The notes under the pieces were generated by a model that was not told the DNA's origin, ran no database searches, and saw only the letters and a program-made list of their open reading frames with translations. The translations under genes and the position numbers were made by a program. Below are positions 31,260-41,480 of a stretch of 64,000 nucleotides of DNA, in pieces. This stretch comes from Gemmatimonadota bacterium. GTDB lineage: Bacteria; Gemmatimonadota; Gemmatimonadetes; Gemmatimonadales; GWC2-71-9. Numbering within the stretch: position 1 is the stretch's first letter; each line of letters begins with the position of its first letter. The stretch lies in NCBI GenBank assembly GCA_029262195.1, contig JAJCZX010000027.1:4677-68676 (forward strand), read 5' to 3'.

Positions 31260-32173
31260 TTTAGGTCTTCCAATTCGAAATGGACCAGATCGGCAAACTT
31301 CCGAGCGCGTTCCTCAATTTCTTCCAACCCGATTTCATTGAGCTTGTTCACCGAGAATTTCTCAACCGCAAACGAGCCCATGGTCGATCCGTAAACCATT
31401 GCAACCCTGAGGTTATCACGCGTTACGTTGTCTGTCCGCGCAAGATGCCCCATGAAACCACCGGCGAAGGAATCACCAGCCCCCGTTGGATCGAATATCT
31501 CTTCCAACGGGTAGGCCGGCACATAAAAAGTCGAGTCCTCAGTCACGAGCACTGCACCATACTCGCCCTGCTTGATGACGACCATCCGGGGGCCGTTGTC
31601 AAGAATCCAACGGGCGGCGCGATGAATATTCCAGTCCCCTGACAACTCGCGGGCCTCGGCATCATTTACCATCAAAAGGTCAATCCTTTTCATCAAAGCC
31701 AGGAGTTCATCCCTCTTGCTGCTGATCCAGAAATTCATCGTATCGCAAACAACGAATTTGGGTTTGGCCATTTGGTCAAGGACGTTCAACTGGAGGACAG
31801 GATCGATATTTCCGAGGAACACGTATTTCGAACTCTGCAGGTTTTCGGGAACCTTGGGATCGAAATCAGCAAACACTCCAAGGCGCGTATCCAACGTCTC
31901 GCGATTCTGGAGGTCGTAGGAGTATTTACCCTTCCACCGGAAGCTTTCACCTTCAACACGCTCCAGACCGGAGATGTCGACGCCCCGTGCGGCCAGCTTG
32001 TCCAATTCGGCCATCGGATAGTCATTTCCAACGACCCCGATGATGCTCATCGGATGCATGTGGACAGCCGCGCACCCAAAGTAGAGAGCCGACCCGCCCA
32101 ACGCGTCCGCAGTCTCTCCGAATGGCGTTTCAACCGAATCCAGTGCAACACTGCCGATGATCGTAAGTGACAT
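31256..32173 (-). CDS. PfkB-family carbohydrate/nucleoside kinase
   Basis: GSVALDSVETP, VNDAEA, DPTGAGDSFAGG. Confidence 0.9.
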   Translation of the reverse strand: MSLTIIGSVALDSVETPFGETADALGGSALYFGCAAVHMHPMSIIGVVGNDYPMAELDKLAARGVDISGLERVEGESFRWKGKYSYDLQNRETLDTRLGVFADFDPKVPENLQSSKYVFLGNIDPVLQLNVLDQMAKPKFVVCDTMNFWISSKRDELLALMKRIDLLMVNDAEARELSGDWNIHRAARWILDNGPRMVVIKQGEYGAVLVTEDSTFYVPAYPLEEIFDPTGAGDSFAGGFMGHLARTDNVTRDNLRVAMVYGSTMGSFAVEKFSVNKLNEIGLEEIEERARKFADLVHFELEDLK

Positions 32174-32174
32174 C

Positions 32175-33827
32175 CTACATCCGTTCCGGGGCAGTCACCC
32201 CAATTAAGGTCAAAGCGTTTTTCAAAACCAACTGAGTTGCCCTGGCAAGCGCAAACCGTGCTTTCTTCAATTCCTCCGGAGCATCCAAAACCCGGTGTCT
32301 GTGATACCAGCCGTTGACCATCCGAGCTAACTCGTCCAGATAATTTATGATCCGGTGCGGCTCCAAAGCCGCCGCCGCCTTCTCCACCCTGAGCGGGAAT
32401 TCTCCAAGGTGTTTTATTAGCTCCGCTTCCTCAGCAGATTCGGTCAGCAATTTAAGATCGACCCCATCGACAGTTACCGACCCGACATCGACATCGGCCT
32501 TTCGAAAAATCGAGCAGAGACGGGTGTGCGCGTACTGGACGTAGTAGACAGGGTTCTCTTCACTCTGCCTGGTAGCCAGATCGATGTCAAAAACGAAGTG
32601 GGAGTCCCCTTTGCGCATGAGAAAAAAATAGCGCGCCGCGTCGACGCCGGTCTGCTCGTACAGGTCACGAAGCGTCACAAAATCGCCCGCCCGCTTGGAG
32701 AATTTAACCTCACTGCCGTCTTTCAGGACTTTTACCAGTTGTACTATCGCGACATCGAAAAAATCCTTGCCGTGCCCCAGGCCCTGCATGGCTGCGGACA
32801 TCCTCGGGATATATCCGTGATGATCAGCGCCCCAGACATCAATGGCGCGTTGGAAACCGCGTCGTGCCTTGGTTTCGTGGTATGAAATATCCGGCATAAA
32901 ATAAGTGTAGCTGCCATCGCTTTTGCGTATTACCCGGTCCTTCTCATCCCCGAACTCTTCTGTTTTTAGCCAAAGCGCCCCGTCCTTCTCATACACAAGG
33001 CCGCGATCCCGAAGTTCTGCGAGGCATTTCTCAACGCTATCATCCTGATAGAGAGAGGTTTCGCTAAAGACAACGTCAAAATTCACACCCATTCCGGCAA
33101 GGTCGCTGTCCTGCTCGGCTCGTTGGTCGGCAACGGCGATATCCCGACACCGTAACAGGGCATCATCTTCCGGGAGGTCGGCAAATGACGCTCCTTCCTC
33201 CGCGAGGACTTTTTGCGCCAACTCAATCAGGTAGTCACCGTTGTAACCGCCATCAGGGATGATCGCGTTTCGCCCGACTTCATTCTGTATTCTGGCCCAC
33301 AACGACTGGGCCAGGCGGTCTATTTGCACGCCCGCATCGTTGACGTAGAACTCTCTGGTAACATCATGCCCTGTAAAGCCCAGGAGTTCAGCAATGGCAT
33401 CGCCGAGCGCTGCTCCTCTCCCATGCCCTACATGCAACGGTCCGGTCGGGTTGGCCGACACGAACTCAACGTTTACAGTCTTACCAGCCCCGATTTGAGA
33501 TGAACCGTATCGGTCCCCCTCGCTGATGATCGTCTTAACGACATCCCCCAGCGTATCGCCCCCGAGGCGGAAATTGATGAACCCGGGTCCGGCTATTTCA
33601 ACCGCAGACACGACTTCGGGAGGAAACTTGAGGCGGCTGATTATATCCTCAGCAATGTCACGGGGCTTTCTCTTGAGTGCGCCGGCCAGGCGCATGGCCA
33701 CGTTGGTGGAGATATCGCCGTGCGTAGGGTCCCGCGGCGTTTCCAGCTGGATATCCGGTTCGGCGACTCCAAGTTCCGCGATTACCCGGCGAAGCTCAGC
33801 GAGAACCGGTTCTTCTCCGGCAATCAG
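32175..33827 (-). CDS. argS: Arginyl-tRNA synthetase (start appears non-canonical, CTG 33827 or ATT 33824)
   Basis: EFVSANPTGPLHVGH, FSKRAG, NPVYYVQYAH, APERM. The frame upstream of the first GTG/ATG encodes the conserved P..PTHGDISTN segment. Confidence 0.93.
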   Translation of the reverse strand: MIAGEEPVLAELRRVIAELGVAEPDIQLETPRDPTHGDISTNVAMRLAGALKRKPRDIAEDIISRLKFPPEVVSAVEIAGPGFINFRLGGDTLGDVVKTIISEGDRYGSSQIGAGKTVNVEFVSANPTGPLHVGHGRGAALGDAIAELLGFTGHDVTREFYVNDAGVQIDRLAQSLWARIQNEVGRNAIIPDGGYNGDYLIELAQKVLAEEGASFADLPEDDALLRCRDIAVADQRAEQDSDLAGMGVNFDVVFSETSLYQDDSVEKCLAELRDRGLVYEKDGALWLKTEEFGDEKDRVIRKSDGSYTYFMPDISYHETKARRGFQRAIDVWGADHHGYIPRMSAAMQGLGHGKDFFDVAIVQLVKVLKDGSEVKFSKRAGDFVTLRDLYEQTGVDAARYFFLMRKGDSHFVFDIDLATRQSEENPVYYVQYAHTRLCSIFRKADVDVGSVTVDGVDLKLLTESAEEAELIKHLGEFPLRVEKAAAALEPHRIINYLDELARMVNGWYHRHRVLDAPEELKKARFALARATQLVLKNALTLIGVTAPERM

Positions 33828-34099
33828 GAGTCGCCATCCTTCTTTTTCTTTGTTTTGGGTTTCTTTTCGGACTTCTCTTTCGACTTGGCGTCGGGGGCCG
33901 ACTTATCGGAGGCCCCTGCTTTACCGTAGTCAGTGATATAGAAGCCACTACCCTTGAAATGGATTCCCGCGCCACCGCTGATTTCCCGTTCTCCTTTGCT
34001 TCGGCATTCGGGACATCTGGGTCGGCTTTCGTCCGATATTTTCTGAAATTTTTCGTACGTATGGCTGCATTTGGTGCAGCGATAACTATATGTCGGCAT
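33824..34099 (-). CDS. FmdB-family zinc-ribbon protein
   Basis: MPTYSYRCTKC...CPEC, FKGSGFYITDY, Lys/Ser-rich tail. Confidence 0.93.
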   Translation of the reverse strand: MPTYSYRCTKCSHTYEKFQKISDESRPRCPECRSKGEREISGGAGIHFKGSGFYITDYGKAGASDKSAPDAKSKEKSEKKPKTKKKKDGDS

Positions 34100-34135
34100 T
34101 ACTTCCCTTAATTCCTCATTTTCTTAACGCTCTAA

Positions 34136-35686
34136 CTAGACGGGGGGTTTAAACGTACCCCACAATTCCCGGAGGACGTTGCAGATTTCTCCCACCGTAG
34201 CTCGCGCTCGCACGGCATCGATCATCAAAGGCATCATCCGCTCGGTGCCCTGAGCGCCGACCCTGAGTTTCCCAAGTGCCGCATCGACGGCGACCGCATC
34301 CCGCCCATCGCGGAGGGTTGCCAGGCTTTGTTGCTGCAACGCGGCCAGTCTGGAATAGTCAGGCGTCGGGATGGGCTCGGGGTGTTCTTTCTCCTGGAAG
34401 GTGTTCACACCGATCACGCCAATGGCTCCGCTTTCCAAACCCTTCTGGTGGTCATAGGCAGCCCTACTTATTGCGTCCTGAAAATAACCACGATCGATGG
34501 CCTCTGCAGACCCTCCAAGCTCCTCAATTTCGGCCAGCATGGCGACCGCACGTAACTCGAGCTCGTCAGTTAGAGCTTCGACGTAGTACGAACCCCCGAG
34601 GGGGTCGACAGTCTGGGTTGTGCCAGATTCTACGGCTAGCACTTGCTGCGTTCGTAGCGCCAGACGGGCCGATTCTGCGCTGGGTAGTGCAAGTGCTTCG
34701 TCAAAAGCGTTGGAATGGAGGGATTGCGTACCCCCAAGAATTGCGGCCAATGACTGCACCGCTACCCTGACGATGTTGTTCTGGGGTTGTTGGGCTGTGA
34801 GTGTGGAACCACCAGTTTGGGTATGAAACCGCAGGCGGCAACTCTCGTCCTCTGCACCGTAACGCTCTTTCATAATCTTTGCCCAGAGGCGTCGGGCAGC
34901 CCTGAATTTGGCAGCTTCCTCAAAAAGATCGTTGTGGGAAGCGAAGAAAAACGAAAGCCTGCGGGCCACCTTGTTGATATCCAGACCGGCATCTCTCGCA
35001 CGGTCCAGATACTCAATCCCGTTCGCAAACGTAAACGCTATTTCTTGCGGTGCCGTGGCCCCTGCTTCGCGCATATGATAGCCGCTCACAGAAATCGGAT
35101 TGAACGACATCCGCTCATCTGCTATGAATCTGAAGGTGTCGGTGATCAAGCGCAGGGATGGATCAACCGGAAAGATGTAGGTACCCCTTGCTACATATTC
35201 TTTGAGGACATCGTTTTGAATGGTCCCGCGAAGGGCAGTTCTTTCAATTCCAGATTCTTCGGCGACCACCACATACATCGCCAGCAGTATCGACGCGGTT
35301 GAATTGATCGTCATCGAGGTGGATACTTTGTCTAACGGTATCTCCTTGAACAATTCAGCCATGTCATCGACCGAATCAATCGCAACACCTACGCGCCCAA
35401 CTTCGCCTGCCGCCACCGGATCATCCGAATCGTAGCCCATCTGGGTCGGCAGGTCGAACGCCACCGACAACCCCGTCTGTCCGGCCGACAAAAGATCTCT
35501 GAATCGGATATTCGTATCAGATGCCGTCCCGAATCCAGCGTACTGCCGCATAGTCCATGTCCGTCCGCGGTACATCGTCGGGTGAACCCCCCGGGTGAAG
35601 GGGAACTCGCCCGCAGCTTCACCGCCACTCTGAGGACGGTACAGCGGATCAATAGGGATGCCCGAAGGGGATTTTCTATCAGCCAT
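34136..35686 (-). CDS. Methylmalonyl-CoA mutase, substrate-binding (alpha) subunit without a B12-binding domain
   Basis: WTMRQYAGFG (Tyr, as in MCM rather than ICM/HCM), SVAFDLPTQ, QNDVLKEY, SGYHMREAG, HTQT. Confidence 0.92.
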   Translation of the reverse strand: MADRKSPSGIPIDPLYRPQSGGEAAGEFPFTRGVHPTMYRGRTWTMRQYAGFGTASDTNIRFRDLLSAGQTGLSVAFDLPTQMGYDSDDPVAAGEVGRVGVAIDSVDDMAELFKEIPLDKVSTSMTINSTASILLAMYVVVAEESGIERTALRGTIQNDVLKEYVARGTYIFPVDPSLRLITDTFRFIADERMSFNPISVSGYHMREAGATAPQEIAFTFANGIEYLDRARDAGLDINKVARRLSFFFASHNDLFEEAAKFRAARRLWAKIMKERYGAEDESCRLRFHTQTGGSTLTAQQPQNNIVRVAVQSLAAILGGTQSLHSNAFDEALALPSAESARLALRTQQVLAVESGTTQTVDPLGGSYYVEALTDELELRAVAMLAEIEELGGSAEAIDRGYFQDAISRAAYDHQKGLESGAIGVIGVNTFQEKEHPEPIPTPDYSRLAALQQQSLATLRDGRDAVAVDAALGKLRVGAQGTERMMPLMIDAVRARATVGEICNVLRELWGTFKPPV

Positions 35687-36695
35687 CGCCATCAGTAGCG
35701 ACGATCATGTCCTCGACGAACTGAACGTCATTAACCCCACCGATAACGAGCGGAACCCGCTGATGAAGCTCCGTGGGATCGATGTCCATGATTCGAGTGC
35801 GCCCGTTCGAAGCTCGGCCCCCGGCCTGTTCGATGACGAATGCCAGAGGGTTAGCCTCGTATTGAAGCCTGAGCTTGCCGTTGGGGTTTTTGGTGTCGCC
35901 GGGGTACATGAAAACACCGCCGGAGAGAAGATTCCTGTGGAAATCAGCGACAAGAGAACCAATGTAGCGAGCGTTTTTCTGGTTTGCGGGACCTCCAACG
36001 GCACCCTTCAAATGCCGCACGACTTCGCGATATCCGTCACTCCAACGGGAAAAGTTACTCTCGTTCACCGAATAGTATTTCCCAGATGGTTTAACCTTTA
36101 CATCCGGATTCAAGAGCCGGAATTCACCAATTGTTGGGTCAAGAGTGAACCCGTGTACACCCTGCCCCGCCGTATAGACCATCACTGTACTTGAACCGTA
36201 AATGATGTATCCTGCGGCAACCTGATTGGTGCCCGGTTGCAGGGTGTGATCGAGAGCAGTTGCCGTGGGGTCCTCGGAACGCTTGTGAATCGAAAATATG
36301 GTCCCGATGGAAGCATTTACATCAATGTTCGAAGAACCGTCCAGGGGGTCGAACATCAAGACGTATCGTCCATCGGGATTGGACACGCAGGGGATGGGAT
36401 CGTCTTCTTCTTCAGAGGCCATGACGCAGATTCTGCCGGTATGCGCAACCGCCTGCTTGATGGTCTCATTGGCAATAACGTCCAGTTTCTGTTGAGTCTC
36501 GCCCTGGACGTTGGTCTTTTCCGCCGAACCCAGCACGTCATCAACAATACCTGCGCGACGTACATAACCAGAGATAATTTTTCCAGCTAGGGCGATATCG
36601 TAGAGTACGTTCGTGAGATCGCCTGTTGCTTCCTCAAACATGCGCTCCTGTTCGAGGATGAATCGTTCGATAGTGATAATCTTGGCAAAAGACAC
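35679..36695 (-). CDS. fbp: Class I fructose-1,6-bisphosphatase
   Basis: QKLDV, SEEED, FDPLDGSSN, RYIGSLVADFHR, KLRLQYE. Confidence 0.96.
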   Translation of the reverse strand: MSFAKIITIERFILEQERMFEEATGDLTNVLYDIALAGKIISGYVRRAGIVDDVLGSAEKTNVQGETQQKLDVIANETIKQAVAHTGRICVMASEEEDDPIPCVSNPDGRYVLMFDPLDGSSNIDVNASIGTIFSIHKRSEDPTATALDHTLQPGTNQVAAGYIIYGSSTVMVYTAGQGVHGFTLDPTIGEFRLLNPDVKVKPSGKYYSVNESNFSRWSDGYREVVRHLKGAVGGPANQKNARYIGSLVADFHRNLLSGGVFMYPGDTKNPNGKLRLQYEANPLAFVIEQAGGRASNGRTRIMDIDPTELHQRVPLVIGGVNDVQFVEDMIVATDGDG

Positions 36696-38905
36696 CCGAG
36701 CCCCTGGACTAAAGGTTTTGTTGATTGTTGACGGATGTCAAAATAGTCACCATTCGCCAAAATCGTTACCGTTCCGCCCATATCCGTTCGAACCACATCA
36801 ACGCTGCCCGCAGTCAAATTTGCCAGCACGCCGCTGGCAGGGTGTCCATAGGAATTGCCGGCGCCGACGCTGATTACGGCCAACAACGGCCGAATCGCCT
36901 GCAAAAGTTCAGCGGACGTGCTGCTCGCAGACCCATGATGCCCGACCTTGAGCACGTCGACATCCCCTATTTCTGCGACGAAAAGCTCCTCCGAGGGCAG
37001 GCCTGCGTCTCCCGTCAAAAGCATCGAGAACTGTCCATACTCAAGCAGCATGACCAGAGAATTTTCGTTTGGCTCAAGTTGCCGTTCAACCCAGTCGGCA
37101 CCAGGGTGCACTACACTAAACGACACGGAATCCACAAGGAAGGAGTCGCCGGCCCGCCCGGCTTGCCAACGGGTCTGCGTATCGATGATAAGGCCGAGGT
37201 ACTCCTGAAAAAGGCCGGATGGGAGAGGTTGGCCAGGGTCCACGACCAGCCCTGTCTCAAATTCGCGAAGAACGGCAGGCACACCGCCCAGGTGATCAGC
37301 ATCCCCGTGGGACACGAAGAGAAGTTCAAGTGATTCGACCCCCATCCGGCGCAAGAACGGAACAACGACACTCGTCCCGGCGTCAAAGTTCGCAAACCTT
37401 GGGCCCGCGTCAATCAACACCCACCGGTCGTGCGGCGTGCGAACCGCGATGGCGTCGCCCTGTCCAACATCGATCACGTAAACAGCCAATCCCGCCGGCG
37501 GCTCGGTTAACGTTCTGGTAGCAGCTACCCCCGACCAGGAAAGAACCACCAAACCGGCCGCAAAGCGCATGGTCAATTTCTGGCCAGTCGGTTTTCTGCG
37601 TATCGCCCACAGGCATATTATGGTAATGGCGGCGCAGGTTGAGGCAAAGCCAATCCCCTGGCCCTCAAAATGTCCGCCCGGTACCATAGCTGCAACGCTG
37701 GCGAACGCCTCCAGAAACCAGAGAAGCATCCCTGCGCCTCCTGCCATCAATCGACCCACAAGCAACGACAGGAACACTGAAGGAACGATTAATCCGGTCA
37801 CCGGGACTGCAACGATATTGGCAAACACGCCTACCGGTGCCACCGCACCAAAGCCAAATGCCGTCACTGGAGCTGTGGCGAGGGTCGCCCCCACCGAGCT
37901 ACCTACGAGTTTCGCCAGTGCCGAATCAAATCCGAAACGGCGCAACTCCCGTCCGGCCAGGGCCGTGCCCCAAACCGCTGAAATCGACAGCCAGGCACCA
38001 ATCGAACGAAACGCCGCCGGATCAATAGTGAACACACCCATGGCGGCCACTGCGAGCGTGCTCACCGGTGGGGGAGATCTCTCAATTTTTCCCGCTAGCA
38101 CGCTGACTGTGATAAAAATCGCGGCCCGAGTCGCCGGAGCGGGAAAGGCGAGCAAAGCAACGTAAGTCCACACTCCCGCTGCCACAGCAATCGGCCTCAA
38201 CCGCTGTGCTCCCACCAACCCGACCAGCAGGTAAATCCAACCTGCGATTATCCCCACGTGAAGACCCGATATCGCCAGAAGGTGAGACATGCCGGCGCTT
38301 GCAAAATCTTTTTTCAACGTCGGTGGCAGGTCGTTCTTTCTGCCCAACACCATCGCTGCGACGACGCCGGACCGGGCACCGTAAAGGCGACGGATCCTGT
38401 CGTCGACACGGGACCGCAACGAATAACGCAACGATCCGAGGGAGCGTAACAAACGGGTGTCTTCAACTCTGAGCACCGGGGGCCGAAACTGACCCCGGAC
38501 CTCAACCAGCGTGCCCCCCCGTGGAGCATCTTCCGAAAACGCCAGAGTAATTTCACCGTCGCAACCGTCAGACGACCTAACAACCGTACCTCCGGTAACT
38601 CCCCTCGCTCTCGGAGTGTCGTGGATTATTACTTCAGCGGTCTTTGGACCTGTACTCCACCGATGGGTGCAGTGCGAGCGTTCGTCGGCTTGGCTAATCA
38701 AGCCGACCATCGCACCTGCGAAAAGCAACAAACCCTGGTGGCCTTTCCCTGTGCGGACGACGGCGACACCAAAGAGCAGCCAGAGTACCAAAAAAGTGCT
38801 GGGTGTAACAAAAAAAACGAGGCCGATCGCGAGACCGGCCCCGTAGAACAACGCTACTACGACCACAGCGGGAGGGCGGCTAAAAAGCACCGGCTCGCCG
38901 AACAA
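36587..38905 (-). CDS. comEC: Competence protein ComEC/Rec2 with metallo-beta-lactamase domain
   Basis: HLLAISGLHVG, DVGQGDA, SHGDADHLGG, KVGHHGS, GNSYGHP. Start uncertain. Confidence 0.92.
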   Translation of the reverse strand: MFGEPVLFSRPPAVVVVALFYGAGLAIGLVFFVTPSTFLVLWLLFGVAVVRTGKGHQGLLLFAGAMVGLISQADERSHCTHRWSTGPKTAEVIIHDTPRARGVTGGTVVRSSDGCDGEITLAFSEDAPRGGTLVEVRGQFRPPVLRVEDTRLLRSLGSLRYSLRSRVDDRIRRLYGARSGVVAAMVLGRKNDLPPTLKKDFASAGMSHLLAISGLHVGIIAGWIYLLVGLVGAQRLRPIAVAAGVWTYVALLAFPAPATRAAIFITVSVLAGKIERSPPPVSTLAVAAMGVFTIDPAAFRSIGAWLSISAVWGTALAGRELRRFGFDSALAKLVGSSVGATLATAPVTAFGFGAVAPVGVFANIVAVPVTGLIVPSVFLSLLVGRLMAGGAGMLLWFLEAFASVAAMVPGGHFEGQGIGFASTCAAITIICLWAIRRKPTGQKLTMRFAAGLVVLSWSGVAATRTLTEPPAGLAVYVIDVGQGDAIAVRTPHDRWVLIDAGPRFANFDAGTSVVVPFLRRMGVESLELLFVSHGDADHLGGVPAVLREFETGLVVDPGQPLPSGLFQEYLGLIIDTQTRWQAGRAGDSFLVDSVSFSVVHPGADWVERQLEPNENSLVMLLEYGQFSMLLTGDAGLPSEELFVAEIGDVDVLKVGHHGSASSTSAELLQAIRPLLAVISVGAGNSYGHPASGVLANLTAGSVDVVRTDMGGTVTILANGDYFDIRQQSTKPLVQGLGCLLPRLSLSNDSSSNRSACLRKQQAISRTYSTISP

Positions 38906-38913
38906 GCCAAGGA

Positions 38914-40230
38914 TTAAACCACAGTGAGCGCCCTCCGCTGGGGATTGGGAACGCCGGTGAACGTCGAGCCCGTTGTCCCGGTAATGCGAATTTCTTCATA
39001 TTGCCCGATTGAATCCTTTCCCCTCTCCACCAGAACCACCTTATTGGAACGCGTGCGCCCCTGAAGCAAATCGCCTCGGCGCGCTTCCTTTTCGTAAAGG
39101 ACCTCCGCCGTCTTGCCGACAAGAGCGACGTTTTTCTTCCGAGCGATGGTGCGCACGTCGGCGATCAACCGCTGCAGCCTCTCTCCGGCTACTTTCGGAT
39201 CGACGCGATCACCCAGTTTTTCCGCCGGCGTACCCTCGCGCACAGAGTAGATAAACGTGAAGGCGTCATCAAAACCGACCTCGTTAACCAGCGAAAGTGT
39301 CTCTTCGAAGTCTTCTTCCGTCTCGCCCGGAAACCCTACGATGATATCGGTAGACAGAGTGATTCCGGGCATAGCATTTCTCAAATCATCCACGCAGCGA
39401 AGAAAATCATCTCGCCCGTAGCGGCGCAACATTCTTTTCAAGACACGTGATGAGCCACTTTGAAGCGGCAAATGCACATGTTCGCACACTTCCGGTACAT
39501 CGGCCATCGCTGCCATGACGTTGTCCGTGAAGTCGTTAGGGTGAGGACTCGTAAACCTGACACGCCGAATCCCATCTACCTGACCAACGGCCCGCAACAA
39601 CTGACCGAAATCATCTACCCCGTCGTTGTAGTTGTTGACGGTTTGTCCCAACAGAGTGACTTCCGTGACGCCTCGAGATGCAATTGTCTGAACTTCAGCG
39701 ACCACATCGGCCAATTTACGACTTCTTTCGGGACCTCGCGTCATCGGAACAATGCAGAATGTGCACCTATGATCGCAGCCACGTTGAACAGTAACGAAAG
39801 ATGAGACACCCCCATCAAGTTCGGGGGTAATCTCCTCATAGTGCTCCCACGATTTGAACTCGACGTCGACCAATCGTTCGCCATCTGAAGCTCTGGCAAC
39901 CAGATCGCCAATCCCGGAGTAGCCATCGGGTCCGATAACCAGATCGACGTGGCGGGTTCCGTCGAGGAGATCATCGCCCAGTCGCTGGGCCATGCAACCG
40001 ACCACCCCGAGCAAATCTCCTTCGCGTTTATGCCGCTTCAGTTCTCCGATTCTACCGACCACTCGTTGCTCTGCGTTTTCCCTGATGGCGCAGGTATTTA
40101 CGAGCATCAGATCGGCCTCGGCGGGGTCAGTGGTTTTTTCAAACCCGTCGGCCTTCAGAGCACCGTAAAGCAGTCCAGTGTCCGCGACGTTCATCTGGCA
40201 GCCGTATGTTTCGATATAGACACGCTTCAC
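38914..40230 (-). CDS. miaB: tRNA i6A37 methylthiotransferase
   Basis: TYGCQMN, NTCAIRE, CDHRCTFC, RFTSPHP, TRAM tail. Confidence 0.96.
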   Translation of the reverse strand: MKRVYIETYGCQMNVADTGLLYGALKADGFEKTTDPAEADLMLVNTCAIRENAEQRVVGRIGELKRHKREGDLLGVVGCMAQRLGDDLLDGTRHVDLVIGPDGYSGIGDLVARASDGERLVDVEFKSWEHYEEITPELDGGVSSFVTVQRGCDHRCTFCIVPMTRGPERSRKLADVVAEVQTIASRGVTEVTLLGQTVNNYNDGVDDFGQLLRAVGQVDGIRRVRFTSPHPNDFTDNVMAAMADVPEVCEHVHLPLQSGSSRVLKRMLRRYGRDDFLRCVDDLRNAMPGITLSTDIIVGFPGETEEDFEETLSLVNEVGFDDAFTFIYSVREGTPAEKLGDRVDPKVAGERLQRLIADVRTIARKKNVALVGKTAEVLYEKEARRGDLLQGRTRSNKVVLVERGKDSIGQYEEIRITGTTGSTFTGVPNPQRRALTVV

Positions 40231-41480
40231 AGCGTCACCTCTGCAACTTCTCTGGCATGCATCCGCCCTCCGGTCATTTGCAACTCCCCGTCGAATCTTT
40301 GTCCGACCTGAGGGTGGTCCACGACCACATCGAGATAATCGCCAGTAATTCCTTGCAGTACTCCCTGGCGCCGAGCGGTCAAAACCACATCAGAAACTTT
40401 TCCGGAACGATGGAGACAATAGTTATTTTTTTTCTCTTCGACCAGACTCCTCAACTCCGCCGACCGTTCGGTTGTAACCACCGGGTCTATCGGCGGACCG
40501 ATTTTGGCCGCGCTGGCAACTGCCCGTTCAGAGTATGGAAAAACGTGAAGGTATGTGAACGGCAGAGAGTCGACGACATCGACAGTCGCACGATGGTCCT
40601 CGTCAGTTTCGCCGGGAAACCCCACCATCACGTCGGCTCCCAGCCCAAAATCTGGCAAGTGGGCCGCAAGTTGTTCGATTCTTTGGCGGTACGATGCCGC
40701 ATCATACCAGTGACGACCCATCAGTTTCAGTATTCGATCGGAGCCCGATTGCAGGGGGGCGTGGATGTGGGGCGCCAGGCACCGGGGTTCGGCGATCATC
40801 AACTCGCTGAGTCTTTCCCCAACCTCGGTTGCTTCCACAGACGAGAGCCTGAATCGGATTTGGGGAAACTCTGTGACAAGCGTTTCCATCAGCGTACCCA
40901 GAGTTTCGGCAGGCTTCAGATCCAAGCCGTAAGACCCTATGTGAATCCCCGTGATCACGATTTCGGAATGGGCTGCCCCGAGCGCTGCCACTTCTTTCTT
41001 AATCTCCTCGATACTCCTCGAACGACTGGCACCCCGAGCGACCGTGGTAGCGCAAAAAGTGCAATGTTCGTCGCACCCGTCCTGGACTTTCACCCAGGCC
41101 CTGGCGCCTCGTGCGAAAGAACGGAGAATTTTTTCATCCAGTGACGACTCAATCCCAAGCGCCTTCAAAACCAGGTTAGGATCCGACCCGGCCACTACAG
41201 ATTCAACTCCGGGGAGGGCGGCCAGTTGGCCATCGTCGACGGCGGAGGCGCATCCCATGATGACAGTCTGGAGACGGGGATTTACCCGATTTAACCGTCT
41301 GACGAAGGACCGCAGTTTGGCTTCACCAGTGTGAGTCACTGTACACGAATTTACGATGGCGAAATCCGCGGCCGAGGGGTCGTCAACAACCCGAGCCCCG
41401 GCGTCGGCCAGGGACTGGCGAACCAACTCAGTGTCGTACTGGTTGGCTTTGCAACCAAACGTGTGAAAATGGACCCTCAT
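40227..41480 (-). CDS. mtaB: tRNA t6A37 methylthiotransferase (MtaB-like)
   Basis: TFGCKANQYD, NSCTVT, KVQDGCDEHCTFC, HVFPYS; ATG 41480 in a TGATG overlap. Confidence 0.9.
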   Translation of the reverse strand: MRVHFHTFGCKANQYDTELVRQSLADAGARVVDDPSAADFAIVNSCTVTHTGEAKLRSFVRRLNRVNPRLQTVIMGCASAVDDGQLAALPGVESVVAGSDPNLVLKALGIESSLDEKILRSFARGARAWVKVQDGCDEHCTFCATTVARGASRSRSIEEIKKEVAALGAAHSEIVITGIHIGSYGLDLKPAETLGTLMETLVTEFPQIRFRLSSVEATEVGERLSELMIAEPRCLAPHIHAPLQSGSDRILKLMGRHWYDAASYRQRIEQLAAHLPDFGLGADVMVGFPGETDEDHRATVDVVDSLPFTYLHVFPYSERAVASAAKIGPPIDPVVTTERSAELRSLVEEKKNNYCLHRSGKVSDVVLTARRQGVLQGITGDYLDVVVDHPQVGQRFDGELQMTGGRMHAREVAEVTL

